A stretch of 64,000 nucleotides of DNA from a phage. The stretch's first letter is position 1; every line of letters begins with the position of its first letter. This document shows positions 47,273 to 57,720 of the stretch, piece after piece. Under the pieces are notes generated by a model. The model was not told the DNA's origin, did not search any database, and saw only the letters and a list, made by a program, of their open reading frames with translations. The translations under genes and the position numbers were made by a program. Location of the stretch: the sequence record PZ386980.1; one strand, given 5' to 3'.

Positions 47273-47813
47273 ATAAAAAATCCAAACTAGGAGAATCGTC
47301 TACAACACTTTTCTTTTCAGCCCCCGGTGTTCTATAGGTTGATTCTTCGTAATGCGTCATTTTATCATAGATGTCTTGAATAAAAGTTTCATCTACTAAC
47401 GCAACCATATCGTCGTCACGACTGTCATAGACATTGTGAACGAAGTAACTATATTTCTTTGCAACTTCCTTACGTTCTTTTTTAATACGTTGGACGAATG
47501 CATTAAAACAAGCTTGAGTTATATACGCATGTGGGTTTTTATATTTCGTTTCATCAAAATTGTGAAGCCCCTTAATAGAAGCTTCTATACCATCTGCAAT
47601 CATTTCTTGTTTCCAAGACTGGGTGTATCCTGAAAAGTTGAAACGTTTAGATAAGCCTTCTGCAATAAGCATAATGGCTAATCCGATAGTATCATTCTGA
47701 CGAACTACTTTATTTGGGTCTTTATTATTTGCTAATTCTGTTTTCCAATCAATAATAGCTTGTAAAAGCTCTTTATTGTTTACGTAATTATATTTAGGCT
47801 TAGTTTCTGACAT
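47256..47813 (-). CDS. 55: late sigma factor gp55
   Basis: 185 aa from [35 protein letters not shown]...; matches T4 gp55. Confidence 0.9.
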
Positions 47814-47891
47814 TTTCACCTCTTAGCTCAATTCATAGATCTATTATATCATAATATTTGAAGATCTATCTTAAAGCATAGAGGATATCAG

Positions 47892-48161
47892 TTATCTAAG
47901 TAAACAGTATGCTTGGAACACTTTCTCCATCATCTTTTTAAATTCATGAATATCTATGTAATGACTAGTTAGTTCAGCATGATATAAAAAGTCTAAAAAC
48001 TTTTCATGTGTACTAACATATTCACTTTCATTTAATTCAGAAACATGGCTTTCCCAGTATCCAACACCAGTCTTATTTGGGAAAAATGAAATTTTCATGT
48101 ATTGGTCAACATAGAAAATGCCATAATTTTCAATAGTAATAGAAATATTAATAAATTTCAT
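47892..48161 (-). CDS. hypothetical protein (89 aa)
   Basis: ORF track. Confidence 0.5.
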   Translation of the reverse strand: MKFINISITIENYGIFYVDQYMKISFFPNKTGVGYWESHVSELNESEYVSTHEKFLDFLYHAELTSHYIDIHEFKKMMEKVFQAYCLLR

Positions 48162-48373
48162 ACATTCATCAACTTAGCCGCTTCAAGAGCTGCATCTAGT
48201 GAATCAAATTGGTCAACGTATTCAATCAATTCGCCGTAATTGGCATATAACCACCATTGGCTAAATTCATACTCAAGGATGAATCCATTTCCTTCAATTT
48301 GAGTTAAACCATTGCCGTTTGTATTTACTTCATATCCGGCAAGACGCAAATCGTTAATAAGAGCTTCGTTCAT
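48158..48373 (-). CDS. hypothetical protein (71 aa)
   Basis: ORF track; ATGA overlap. Confidence 0.5.
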   Translation of the reverse strand: MNEALINDLRLAGYEVNTNGNGLTQIEGNGFILEYEFSQWWLYANYGELIEYVDQFDSLDAALEAAKLMNV

Positions 48374-48375
48374 AA

Positions 48376-48702
48376 TTATACCTTAGTAATTTTCAGGTCT
48401 GCAAATTTTTTCTTGCGTTGATTTTTCATGCGACGAATAGTTTTATCGGAAATTTCATGCTTTTGATAAGCTTTAGATTCTACACCAAAAGCTTTAACAT
48501 CAAATTCTGACAAGATATATTGAACCAACAATTCACGGACAGTATTGCGTCCAATTTTCTGATCATTCTGTTTCATCGTCTGATGAAGTTCTTTTTCCCA
48601 TTTATCCAAAATTTGAGGAGTTACAATATCGCCTTTTTCTAGCAAAGAAACTACTTTATCATATGCATAAGAATTAATGACGTTTTTAATCTGAATAGTC
48701 AT
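48376..48702 (-). CDS. hypothetical protein (108 aa)
   Basis: ORF track. Confidence 0.5.
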   Translation of the reverse strand: MTIQIKNVINSYAYDKVVSLLEKGDIVTPQILDKWEKELHQTMKQNDQKIGRNTVRELLVQYILSEFDVKAFGVESKAYQKHEISDKTIRRMKNQRKKKFADLKITKV

Positions 48703-48754
48703 ACATTATCCTCAATTACGTTAAAATTTTATTATCCAAAAAGGGCCGAAGCCC

Positions 48755-48955
48755 TTAGCTAAACTTTTTGGCACCCTTCCAGCCTTCATACATCATTGCG
48801 GCTGATATTAATATTGCTCCTGAGCAACTTGAATATTTGTGATTCCAAAACCAGTTTAGAAAAACTTCGTCATCAATACCTTGGGCTATCATATTTTCAA
48901 AGAACTGACGACGAGCTTCGGCAATTCGCTGCGATAATTTAGATTCAGGATTCAT
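48755..48955 (-). CDS. hypothetical protein (66 aa)
   Basis: ORF track. Confidence 0.5.
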   Translation of the reverse strand: MNPESKLSQRIAEARRQFFENMIAQGIDDEVFLNWFWNHKYSSCSGAILISAAMMYEGWKGAKKFS

Positions 48956-49087
48956 TTAAATTTCCCAATTGCCATTTTCATCAATAAATTTAATCCAGTC
49001 ATTTACTGACCACTTAGTTGTATCGCCTTTTGGAGTAACATTTAAAGTGTATAACCCCTGCTTAAAAAGCATTCGTTTAATATTCAT
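48956..49087 (-). CDS. small hypothetical protein (~43 aa from MNIKRM)
   Basis: track ORF trimmed to remove overlap with the next gene. Confidence 0.3.
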   Translation of the reverse strand: MNIKRMLFKQGLYTLNVTPKGDTTKWSVNDWIKFIDENGNWEI

Positions 49088-49094
49088 ATTTTCC

Positions 49095-49388
49095 TCAGCT
49101 GTAACGATAACATTCGTTTGATTTGCGCTTAGCAACTCGTTGAGATGTATTATAATCAAAATCATCGTCAATGTAAACTGATTTTTTCAACTTTCTTACT
49201 TCACCACGCAGTTGACGATTCAATTCATTCTTAACCTCTGAATCAACACCTCGCATACGTCGCCATTTATCTGAACGAAAAATGTTTTCAACCATATCTT
49301 TATGACTTACCCCATCAGGAGCTTTACGCTTTCCGAAATAGTCATAATCACGAACTTTCAAGTCTTTACGACGATACGTTTTACCCAT
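49095..49388 (-). CDS. basic hypothetical protein (~97 aa from MGKTYRR)
   Basis: track ORF trimmed; K/R-rich. Confidence 0.4.
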   Translation of the reverse strand: MGKTYRRKDLKVRDYDYFGKRKAPDGVSHKDMVENIFRSDKWRRMRGVDSEVKNELNRQLRGEVRKLKKSVYIDDDFDYNTSQRVAKRKSNECYRYS

Positions 49389-49563
49389 GGAGTTTAATTT
49401 CCTTAGCAACTGAACTAAATACAGCACGATCACAAATCATGTGTTTATGTAACTTAAGTATAAGATAATAAACATCATAACCATTTACGTAAGTAACACG
49501 AACAACATTACCATTAATAAAATAATATTGTCCCTTTTTAATTTCTTTATCAATCATAACCAT
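49381..49563 (-). CDS. hypothetical protein (60 aa)
   Basis: ORF track; ATG at 49561-49563. Confidence 0.45.
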   Translation of the reverse strand: MVMIDKEIKKGQYYFINGNVVRVTYVNGYDVYYLILKLHKHMICDRAVFSSVAKEIKLHG

Positions 49564-49584
49564 ATCAATTCCTCAAAGGCAATT

Positions 49585-49625
49585 CATGTGTTAATAATAC
49601 CACAGTTTGAGCTTGTTGTAAACAA
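49585..49625 (-). promoter_or_regulatory. early promoter
   Basis: minus strand GTTTAC - 17 nt - GTGGTATTATTAAC. Confidence 0.45.
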
Positions 49626-49721
49626 CTTTGTGAAAATTATTTTAGGGAATGATAAGAAGGGAACGATAGCTTAGAATGGTAATATACAGAATGTGAGAAA
49701 GAAAGGCCCAGAGGGCCCGTC

Positions 49722-50045
49722 TTAGTCTTCTATGATATCTCTATCATATCCAAGTGAAATGAGAGTTTCTTTGAAGTGTTTAATGTTCTTTTGTCTAGAA
49801 TCATTAATGAAAATGACTGGATAACGAATGTTAAGAGATGTGAATCCAGCGCGTTTAGCAAGAGATACAATCAGTGGGCGATCATACTCAATCTTACCAT
49901 TATTTGTAAGAACTTTATAGAAAGTAAAAGGAGCATTAAGCTCCTTTAGAAGTTTTGTAACTGATTGACATCCAGGACAACGACCTACTTCATCTGGAAT
50001 TCCATAGACTTCAATCTTATTCTTTAAGTTCGAGTTTTGTTCCAC
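49722..50045 (-). CDS. glutaredoxin-like protein (NrdH-like), probable GTG start
   Basis: KIEVYGIPDEVGRCPGCQSVTKLLKE (CPGC redox motif); no in-frame ATG near the N-terminus. Confidence 0.5.
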   Translation of the reverse strand: MEQNSNLKNKIEVYGIPDEVGRCPGCQSVTKLLKELNAPFTFYKVLTNNGKIEYDRPLIVSLAKRAGFTSLNIRYPVIFINDSRQKNIKHFKETLISLGYDRDIIED

Positions 50046-50328
50046 GAGAAATAATTCCTTGGTAAGCCCAATAAGGAGGATTAACAGAATCCTCACCAGA
50101 GTTTTCTTCAGGAAAATAAACCTGGATAACGAAGCCGGATTCATCAAAGGTGAAATAAGTAGTAGGCAGTTCACCTAACAAATCGGCACGAGCGTTGATT
50201 TCTTCGAGGTCTTGTTCACGTCCAGCCCAGAAGCTTGGGTTCAGACTACATTCATAGAAATAATAGTCATTACCGAACATATCAAAACCATTCCAACTCT
50301 CTACTACATACCGCTCAAAACTAATCAT
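50017..50328 (-). CDS. hypothetical protein (103 aa)
   Basis: ORF track. Confidence 0.5.
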   Translation of the reverse strand: MISFERYVVESWNGFDMFGNDYYFYECSLNPSFWAGREQDLEEINARADLLGELPTTYFTFDESGFVIQVYFPEENSGEDSVNPPYWAYQGIISRGTKLELKE

Positions 50329-50330
50329 AA

Positions 50331-50546
50331 TTAAGCCTTTTTATCAAGAACAGCATTCAGCTTGTTAGTAATTTTATCCAGACGCTTATTGAACTCACTA
50401 GAAGATAAGCCCTTTTCTGGAGAAATTAAACTAATCACGAAAAATATAGCAATAAAAGGAATAAGGAAAATAGCTCCAACTGCCATAAACAGAAAGAATG
50501 TTACAGTTGTAAGAAAATCAGCTAAACCTTTACGAAATTTATACAT
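50331..50546 (-). CDS. small membrane protein (71 aa)
   Basis: hydrophobic core FFLFMAVGAIFLIPFIAIFFVISLI. Confidence 0.5.
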   Translation of the reverse strand: MYKFRKGLADFLTTVTFFLFMAVGAIFLIPFIAIFFVISLISPEKGLSSSEFNKRLDKITNKLNAVLDKKA

Positions 50547-50661
50547 ATTTTACCCTTAATTGATTAACCAAGCATTGATAAGCACTAAACTATATTGCGA
50601 ATAAAATTCTGGACCAAAATGAAAAATCATATCATTTATAGTATCCATAATGTAATTCAAT

Positions 50662-51132
50662 TTAATCATGTGTCCACACCCCATCGGTATTTGACCAAAG
50701 TCGCTGATTATCTGATCCTCGCCACAGCTTTTTGGTCGGAAGATTTTTCTCATACTTCCCATCAATAATAACATCAACATATTTAAGCATTTCTAGTTGT
50801 TTAATATCTTCAAACTTATATCCTGTCCACAACCAAATGCTTTTATTGGGATAAAGATTTTTAATAGTTTGAACCACAGAGTGAATCACGTCTCTGTTAT
50901 CAGGATAAAGAGGGTCACCTCCGGTTATAGTTAATCCTTCTATATAATCATTATTCAAACATTCAATCAATTGTTCTAGTGTTTCACCAGTGAATGGAAT
51001 ACCATTTCTAGCATTCCATGTTGATTTATTATAACACCCTTCGCATTTATGCAAACAACCTGTAACGAAAAGAACGACCCTGCATCCAGGGCCATTCACA
51101 AAATCACAGGGATAAAATCTATCGTAATTCAT
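50662..51132 (-). CDS. nrdG: anaerobic ribonucleotide reductase activase (radical SAM)
   Basis: 156 aa; CxxxCxxC motif GCLHKCEGCYN; ATGA overlap with nrdD. Confidence 0.88.
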   Translation of the reverse strand: MNYDRFYPCDFVNGPGCRVVLFVTGCLHKCEGCYNKSTWNARNGIPFTGETLEQLIECLNNDYIEGLTITGGDPLYPDNRDVIHSVVQTIKNLYPNKSIWLWTGYKFEDIKQLEMLKYVDVIIDGKYEKNLPTKKLWRGSDNQRLWSNTDGVWTHD

Positions 51133-52946
51133 TGGTGTTTAACCCTATGCATGATTTCTTTATTTTTACCGAGATTAAATCCGCGCTCGTTCGGATTTCC
51201 CAAATAACCACATGTTCTTCTTATTGTGTTCATCTTTTTAGGATCAGTTTCTCCACAAATAGAACAAACAAATCCGTTTTCAGTAGGAGTCATTTCATGG
51301 GTACTTCCACATGTAAAACATTTATCTACTGGCATATTAACACCAAAATAATCTAAATGTTGTGCGGCATAATCCCATACAGCCTCAAGACCTTTTAAGT
51401 TATTTTTCATATCAGGAAGTTCAACATAAGAAATGTGACCACCTGTCGCAATGAAATGATATGGCGCTTCACGAGAAATCTTTTCAAACGGAGTAACATT
51501 TTCTTCTACTGAAACGTGGAAACTGTTAGTGTACCAGCCTTTATCAGTAACATCCTTTACACTTCCATATTTTTCTGTATCAAGTTTACAGAAGCGATAG
51601 CAAAGGTTTTCAGCAGGAGTAGAATACAAACTAAAAGCAAACCCAGTTCTTTCAGTCCACTGTTTAAGATGAGCATTCATTTTAGTTAAAATTTCTTGTC
51701 CAATATCACGACCGATAAGAATATTCAATTCGTGAATACCAATGTATCCTAAAGACACTGAACTTCTACCGTTTTTAAATAACTCAATTATATCGTCATC
51801 GGGTTTAAGACGAACCCCGAATGCACCTTCTTGGTAAAGAATAGGAGCAACAGTAGCTTTAACTCCTTTTAAGGAACTAATTCTACACATCAAAGCTTCA
51901 AAACATAAATCCATTCGTTCATTGAACAATTCGATAAATTTCTGTTCATTGAGCTGTGTTCCAATATAAGAATCTAATGCGATACGAGGAAGATTCAGTG
52001 TTACAACACCGAGATTATTACGTCCATCAAGAATTTCATTGCCAGTCGAATCTTTCCATACGCTCAAGAAACTACGACAACCCATTGGAGAAACAGGAAC
52101 AGATGAACCAGTGATAGCTTTATTGTTCTTAGCTGAAATAATATCAGGATACATCCTTTTGCTTGCACACTCTAAAGCAAGCTGCTTAATATCATAGTTC
52201 GGATCGTCTTTATAAAGATTAACACCTTCTTCAACAAACATAACAAGCTTAGGGAAAATAGGAGTTATCCCATCACGACCAAGACCTTTAATACGATTTT
52301 TCAGAATTGCTTTCTGAATCATTCGTTCAGTCCAGTCAGTTCCTGTACCAAATGTAATTGTTACAAAAGGTGTTTGTCCGTTTGAACTAAAGAGAGTATT
52401 TACTTCATATTCATAAGCTTGGAATGCATCGTATACATCTTTTTCTGTTTTAGATTGAGCATAATTTAACGCATCAGCGATTTGCCATTTTTCTGCATCC
52501 TCAATATGTTTTGCATAGGTGCGTTTAACATAAGGAGAAAGTACTTTATCTACATTAGCAAAAGTCGTTCCGCCGTATTGATGGGAAGCAACCTGTGCAG
52601 TAATTTGTGCCATAATTGCAGTAGCAACACCGATTGATTTAGGAGTTTCAATCTGTGCATTACCAAGCTTAAATCCGTTCTCAAGCATTCCTTTTAAATC
52701 TACTAAACAACAATTAGTAAATGGAAGAGCAGGGGAATAATCAATATCATGGAAATGAATAATTCCGCTTTCATGCGCTTTCATAATAAAAGACGGGACC
52801 ATATTTTTGGCAATGTGTTTAGACACAATACCAGCCATAAGGTCCCGTTGAGTTGGAAAAACACGAGAATCTTTATTAGCATTCTCGTTTAAAAGGTCTT
52901 TATTAGTTTTATGAATCAATCCTTCAATTTCTTTTTCAATTGTCAT
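51129..52946 (-). CDS. nrdD: anaerobic ribonucleotide reductase, intronless
   Basis: 605 aa; C-terminal glycyl-radical motif RTCGYLGNP; single continuous ORF. Confidence 0.92.
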   Translation of the reverse strand: MTIEKEIEGLIHKTNKDLLNENANKDSRVFPTQRDLMAGIVSKHIAKNMVPSFIMKAHESGIIHFHDIDYSPALPFTNCCLVDLKGMLENGFKLGNAQIETPKSIGVATAIMAQITAQVASHQYGGTTFANVDKVLSPYVKRTYAKHIEDAEKWQIADALNYAQSKTEKDVYDAFQAYEYEVNTLFSSNGQTPFVTITFGTGTDWTERMIQKAILKNRIKGLGRDGITPIFPKLVMFVEEGVNLYKDDPNYDIKQLALECASKRMYPDIISAKNNKAITGSSVPVSPMGCRSFLSVWKDSTGNEILDGRNNLGVVTLNLPRIALDSYIGTQLNEQKFIELFNERMDLCFEALMCRISSLKGVKATVAPILYQEGAFGVRLKPDDDIIELFKNGRSSVSLGYIGIHELNILIGRDIGQEILTKMNAHLKQWTERTGFAFSLYSTPAENLCYRFCKLDTEKYGSVKDVTDKGWYTNSFHVSVEENVTPFEKISREAPYHFIATGGHISYVELPDMKNNLKGLEAVWDYAAQHLDYFGVNMPVDKCFTCGSTHEMTPTENGFVCSICGETDPKKMNTIRRTCGYLGNPNERGFNLGKNKEIMHRVKHQ

Positions 52947-53416
52947 TTTAAACTCTTTCTAAGCTGCTTCTTAAATGAAGCTATTAATTGTGTTTTAGTG
53001 TCAGATTCATTATATTCAAATCCTCTTTGAAGCATCTCAGCCATCATTTCCTCTTTTCCTAAACGAGAAAATTCCTTTGATTTATCTCCAACAAAGTTAG
53101 GGTGAATATTATTTTGGGTGTAATCGGATTTTAAATAAGTAAGTAAATTTTCTAACCATTCAAGATAATCAACACCCTGTCCCTTTAAGCCAGAACGATT
53201 AAATTTATGCTTCATTTGACCTTCTGCGGCATTGCAGAGATTACAAAGCAATCCACGTACCTTTCCTGCTTTTGGTCCATTTAATTCATGGTCATGATCA
53301 AGATGATTAGCTTGAACATCAGGATTTAGTTCTCGTTGGCAAATTAAACATTTACCATTTTGTGCATCATAAAATTTCTGTTTTTCTTCTTTATATAATT
53401 TGCCAGTCAATAACAT
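52943..53416 (-). CDS. 49: endonuclease VII (Holliday junction resolvase)
   Basis: 157 aa; CLICQRELN...HLDHDH...CNLCN motifs; matches T4 gp49. Confidence 0.85.
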   Translation of the reverse strand: MLLTGKLYKEEKQKFYDAQNGKCLICQRELNPDVQANHLDHDHELNGPKAGKVRGLLCNLCNAAEGQMKHKFNRSGLKGQGVDYLEWLENLLTYLKSDYTQNNIHPNFVGDKSKEFSRLGKEEMMAEMLQRGFEYNESDTKTQLIASFKKQLRKSLK

Positions 53417-53457
53417 AATAAACCCTTACCTTAAATAGATAAGGGTATTTATTATTT

Positions 53458-53943
53458 TCAAGTATTGTAAAACATTTGATTCAATCGCTTATATTGCCGA
53501 ATCTTTTGGTCAGAAAAAGAAATTTGGGTTTCAAGCCATTCAATATATTCTGCCGCAGCTTGCATCAAATTTCCTTCATAGCCATCGTTATTTTCTTGTG
53601 CAGCTAATTTAGCTAATGCGTATGAAATACGTTCACCTTGAAAATCAGCTTTAGGCTTCTGAACAACTTGATTAGTTCTCTCTACAACTTCTTCAATTTC
53701 GCCATTTTCTACTGATTCAGTATTCCACAAGCACCAATACGTAATTGGCTTATCGTAGATGTTAATAATCTTTCCATCAGAAAGTTCAATTTCAATAATT
53801 CCAGTATCAGGCTCTATATCATCTTCACATTCTTTTGCAAGTTCACGAACTTTAAAGACAGTACCTGCACTAAGTTCCGGCCAGTAATTACACAGCCCTA
53901 TATCAGCACGATTAATTCTAAACCACTTATCTACTGTAATCAT
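53458..53943 (-). CDS. possible Pin protease inhibitor (161 aa from second Met)
   Basis: size and position next to gene 49 match T4 pin; sequence not verified. Confidence 0.4.
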   Translation of the reverse strand: MITVDKWFRINRADIGLCNYWPELSAGTVFKVRELAKECEDDIEPDTGIIEIELSDGKIINIYDKPITYWCLWNTESVENGEIEEVVERTNQVVQKPKADFQGERISYALAKLAAQENNDGYEGNLMQAAAEYIEWLETQISFSDQKIRQYKRLNQMFYNT

Positions 53944-54066
53944 GTCCCATCTCCATATCAATTAAGTCATTTATCGTCGGTTCATTATATATTGTTTCTT
54001 CATCAGTGTAAACCGGTTCTTCCGGCTCTGGCTCTACAGTTTCCCATCTAGCCGCCCACCAAGGTT

Positions 54067-54387
54067 TTATAGCGTAATCCATTCTCGTACTGTCTGAGTT
54101 ACTACACGTTCATGGGGCTCGACTAGTTCAACAGTCGGAACTGCATAATACCAGTCAGAATGATAAGAACCTGACCGAGATTCATTTACCGCTACATGTA
54201 CATTATGTTTTGGACTAAAGTAAACACACTGACGATATTGACATTTACCATCTTGCACCCAGTCTTCTATTTCGACAGGTTTAAGATAATCGGAAAAATC
54301 GAAATCATAGTTTTCCGAAAATGCATCATGGTCTTCAATGATTTCGCTCAGAACTGCATCAACATCTAATTTATTTTCAATAGTCAT
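54067..54387 (-). CDS. hypothetical protein (106 aa)
   Basis: ORF track. Confidence 0.5.
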   Translation of the reverse strand: MTIENKLDVDAVLSEIIEDHDAFSENYDFDFSDYLKPVEIEDWVQDGKCQYRQCVYFSPKHNVHVAVNESRSGSYHSDWYYAVPTVELVEPHERVVTQTVREWITL

Positions 54388-54400
54388 TTTTCACCAATTA

Positions 54401-54568
54401 ATTTCGCAATTTATTAAGTTCTTCATCATCAATCCAGGATTCTAGTCCTGATGGCAGGGCACATTCAATTTCCCAAAGAAGTTCTTCAATTTTCTGAAGA
54501 CGATCTAGTTCTTCGGCTGGAATAGTAACCATTGACGGAGCTCGTGATACATTAATATCGTAAATCAT
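54401..54568 (-). CDS. small hypothetical protein (~55 aa)
   Basis: own translation MIYDINVSRAPSMVTIPAEELDRLQKIEELLWEIECALPS... Confidence 0.3.
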
Positions 54569-54570
54569 AT

Positions 54571-54786
54571 TTACCCCAATTTAACCATACAATCGCCGTA
54601 TTTCCACTTAGAAATAGACTTTTCACCATTAGAATAATAAACTTCGAGTTTAGCACGATTATTTTTAATTTGAATAACCTTGGCTGTCATCAAAGTTCCA
54701 TACCCATAATAAACTGCAACTTCATCACCTACATATACCGCGCTTCCGCGGTAATCATGAATATAGTCAGTTCCTTCGAGCATCAT
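54571..54786 (-). CDS. hypothetical protein (71 aa)
   Basis: ORF track. Confidence 0.45.
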   Translation of the reverse strand: MMLEGTDYIHDYRGSAVYVGDEVAVYYGYGTLMTAKVIQIKNNRAKLEVYYSNGEKSISKWKYGDCMVKLG

Positions 54787-55046
54787 TTAAAATATTCTCG
54801 CAGTTGGTCAAATCCACCAATATGACTTCCATCAGGAGCAAATACCTGGGGCATTGTCAAGCCGATTTGAGTATCACGACCTAGTTTAGTCAGAAGCTCA
54901 GCGATTTTCTCATCATCAAAAACACCTTTTTCCGGCATAATGTTGATAAATTCAAACGGCTGTTTCTTCACGGTCAAAAGACGTTTTGCATTATCGCAAT
55001 ACACACATTTATGAATGTTGCTATCATAACCATATACTTTAAACAT
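54783..55046 (-). CDS. nrdC: NrdC thioredoxin/glutaredoxin
   Basis: 87 aa, MFKVYGYDSNIHKCVYCDNAKRLL (CVYC active site); matches T4 NrdC. Confidence 0.85.
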   Translation of the reverse strand: MFKVYGYDSNIHKCVYCDNAKRLLTVKKQPFEFINIMPEKGVFDDEKIAELLTKLGRDTQIGLTMPQVFAPDGSHIGGFDQLREYFK

Positions 55047-55047
55047 A

Positions 55048-55290
55048 TTATTCCTTAATTCCTAGTACTTGTTTAAAAGTCTCGTCGTAATCAAGACTTT
55101 GGCCTGTTTGTTCTTTATGTTTGTATATAATATCACTTACTTCTGATAGCATATTTTTATATGAACGAGTTAAAGCAGATTTAAGTACGCTGTACCTATC
55201 AGGAAATTTACCATGTTCATTATAATAAGCTATTGCTAATTCACGGACTGCCTTTTCAGCAGCCTCCATATATTCTTTACGCTTGGTCAT
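55048..55290 (-). CDS. hypothetical protein (80 aa)
   Basis: ORF track. Confidence 0.5.
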   Translation of the reverse strand: MTKRKEYMEAAEKAVRELAIAYYNEHGKFPDRYSVLKSALTRSYKNMLSEVSDIIYKHKEQTGQSLDYDETFKQVLGIKE

Positions 55291-55292
55291 TT

Positions 55293-55682
55293 TTAATCCA
55301 AAATATTATTAGGCATTGGTTGAACACTCACAAGTTCTTTAAAGAACTCAGTAGAGTCAGGCAATTTAACCATTTCCGGAGCATGCTTACTGAATTTATG
55401 TTTACATTGACGGCATTTATATTCAAGCTCTGGTTTACGCCAGTTAATCAATTGAACTTGTTCAGTACCGCATTCAGGGCAATTAGGAACGTTTTTAGAA
55501 GCTCTTTCACGTCGTTCAACCATAGCCATAATAGCATCCCATGCTGGAGGTTTAAAATCTAAATCGTCGCAGCCGTGAATCTTTCCACGCATTTCCAAAT
55601 CGTCTTCTTCACCAGCCATAATAATTTTAATTAGACTAGAATTACTTGAAGCTGCAATGTCTTCTAATAAACGCTTTTTCAT
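55293..55682 (-). CDS. zinc-ribbon protein (129 aa)
   Basis: CPECGTEQ ... CRQCKHKF motif pairs. Confidence 0.5.
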   Translation of the reverse strand: MKKRLLEDIAASSNSSLIKIIMAGEEDDLEMRGKIHGCDDLDFKPPAWDAIMAMVERRERASKNVPNCPECGTEQVQLINWRKPELEYKCRQCKHKFSKHAPEMVKLPDSTEFFKELVSVQPMPNNILD

Positions 55683-56605
55683 TTCAATACCTCAATAGCA
55701 TTACGTAAACCATTTGCTTTGGCGGTTAAAGCCTTAAGAACTTTAGTATGCTCTTCAATCTGTTTTTCAACTTCAATCAAACGGGCACTGAGATATTCGC
55801 GTTCTTCTTTCATAGTATCATTTCCATGATTGGATTTTGGTGTAGGTTTAAATTCACTAGGGTCCTTTAATTTAATAACAAATTTAGTTTCAAACAGTGA
55901 AAGACCATAATTCGTATTATCATCAAAGGATTTGACTACATCCATATCAGATAATAACACGCGCAAATTATAAGCCAAAGAACTAATAGTTTCATTGTGT
56001 TTATTAGCTTCGCGTGGTTTCATATACGGAAGATTTTTATATATCTCATGCGGAGCGCAAACGATAATTGACAATTCAAATTGTCCATTCTGGGACGATG
56101 GAGTGAATTTAGCCGTAACCCAGTCTTTTACATTCACATTAATAGTACGGTTATCACCATGACAAAACAGTCTACGAGAATGCTTAAAAAGCATATTCAC
56201 GTTATTATTGAATTCGTGTGAAAATTCACTAGCAAATTTTTCTTTACTATCTTTAGAAAACCATTCTTCTAAATAAGTTCTTTTCACGTCGTTAATAATA
56301 TTAAATGTAACAACACTAGCATTTGATACATTAGTCTCAATGTAGCTTGGATACATAAATTTTTTAATATTATTAACAGCTATCACAGAAGATAGTAATC
56401 GGGAACGTTTGAACCACTCGAGCAAAGAACCAAGAGAATGTGAATACGCATTTTGTGTATCTTTACAAATATGGTTTTCCCATCCAATATAGTCTAAAAA
56501 ATCACGAAGAATATTATTGATTACTTCTCTATGTCCTTTCTGATAATCACGATGTTTAGTAATAAGACTGTCAAAATAATCAATATAATGTTTACGAGTT
56601 TTCAT
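55679..56605 (-). CDS. coiled-coil-tailed family member 1 (308 aa)
   Basis: N-terminus MKTRKHYIDYF; C-terminal ~45 aa predicted coiled coil. Confidence 0.55.
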   Translation of the reverse strand: MKTRKHYIDYFDSLITKHRDYQKGHREVINNILRDFLDYIGWENHICKDTQNAYSHSLGSLLEWFKRSRLLSSVIAVNNIKKFMYPSYIETNVSNASVVTFNIINDVKRTYLEEWFSKDSKEKFASEFSHEFNNNVNMLFKHSRRLFCHGDNRTINVNVKDWVTAKFTPSSQNGQFELSIIVCAPHEIYKNLPYMKPREANKHNETISSLAYNLRVLLSDMDVVKSFDDNTNYGLSLFETKFVIKLKDPSEFKPTPKSNHGNDTMKEEREYLSARLIEVEKQIEEHTKVLKALTAKANGLRNAIEVLK

Positions 56606-56659
56606 GTTCTTCTCACTTGGTTAATGATTTATACTCCGAGCCATCCTTGGCTTTAAATT

Positions 56660-57661
56660 TTACTTAATTAACTGTAAAGCTTGTTCCAGACGATCAAGAC
56701 GATTAACAGATTCTTCCCAAATCCTTTTAGCCTGCTCATATTCTTTCTGTGCTTTATTAGAAATTTCTAGAACTTCTTTATAAGCTTTTTCTAGTGCAAT
56801 AACTTCTGGACGAATTTCTATCGGTTCAGGTGAATCATCAAGATTATCCATTAGTTCCTCAAGGGTAGTTTCTTCTTTAGGAGTATTCACAATTTCATCA
56901 CATTTTTGTTGATAAATTTCTTTATCAGTAGGTGAGTACGCGCACTTTACTTCACGAAGACTAATTACAATTTTATATCCTTCCCAACCACCCATATTTT
57001 TGAAAGGATATGTATGAATACTTTTTACAGTTTCCATACAATCCAAAGCCGTCTCTAATTGATGAGTTATAGTGCTAGCAATTGAGAAAAATTTATTAAT
57101 ATTCTTTTGGTTAGCTTCTGGTGTAAAAAATTCGTAATTCACAAAAATAGCTACTTTATTTTTATCAAGCTCATATTCTTTTACGATAATCATATCAGAA
57201 GCCAAAGGATGAATTTGACGATAATCGCCATAACATAATTTAGAAGCTGATTTTAGAATTTGTCCTTTAAAAAGTCTGAAATTGCTAATCCAACGACGAG
57301 TAAAAATATTCTTAGGGTCTTCTTTGATATTAAGATGATAAGAATTAACATCACCGAACCAATTGTATCCTATTACACCTTTAGTTCGTTTAATTTCTTT
57401 CCCAAAATTACCAAGAATATCCCGATTAACCAAATATGAAAGAAGACGAGACCCTTTAAAGATTATCTTAATATCATCTTTATCTACACGGCTAGAAATT
57501 TCACGAACTTCATGAATAAATTTACTGGAAGAAACAATACTTGCATCAATACTGCTGAGCCATTGATTGATAATAGAAAGAACAGCGTTCTGACTAGACA
57601 TGGGTTTAACTTTATCATCAATAACACTATTGAATGATTTGATATATTCGTTACGAGTCAT
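56660..57661 (-). CDS. coiled-coil-tailed family member 2 (333 aa from MTRNEYIKSF)
   Basis: track ORF over-extended into the promoter; ATG at 57659-57661 with GAGGAG SD. Confidence 0.55.
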   Translation of the reverse strand: MTRNEYIKSFNSVIDDKVKPMSSQNAVLSIINQWLSSIDASIVSSSKFIHEVREISSRVDKDDIKIIFKGSRLLSYLVNRDILGNFGKEIKRTKGVIGYNWFGDVNSYHLNIKEDPKNIFTRRWISNFRLFKGQILKSASKLCYGDYRQIHPLASDMIIVKEYELDKNKVAIFVNYEFFTPEANQKNINKFFSIASTITHQLETALDCMETVKSIHTYPFKNMGGWEGYKIVISLREVKCAYSPTDKEIYQQKCDEIVNTPKEETTLEELMDNLDDSPEPIEIRPEVIALEKAYKEVLEISNKAQKEYEQAKRIWEESVNRLDRLEQALQLIK

Positions 57662-57688
57662 AATAATCTCCTCAGTAGAAAGTAAGAA

Positions 57689-57720
57689 CATTATACCACA
57701 TCCTTGTGGTAAAGTAAACT
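57689..57720 (-). promoter_or_regulatory. early promoter, near-identical copy of the rIIA.1 promoter
   Basis: CATTATACCACATCCTTGTGGTAAAGTAAACT matches 10665-10697; CCACA/TGTGG stem between -35 and -10. Confidence 0.5.

Noticed and set aside
50556-50780. 74-aa ORF overlapping the nrdG 3' end
   Set aside because: Mostly an alternative frame of nrdG; at most a ~37-aa tail ORF could be real, with too little evidence to call.
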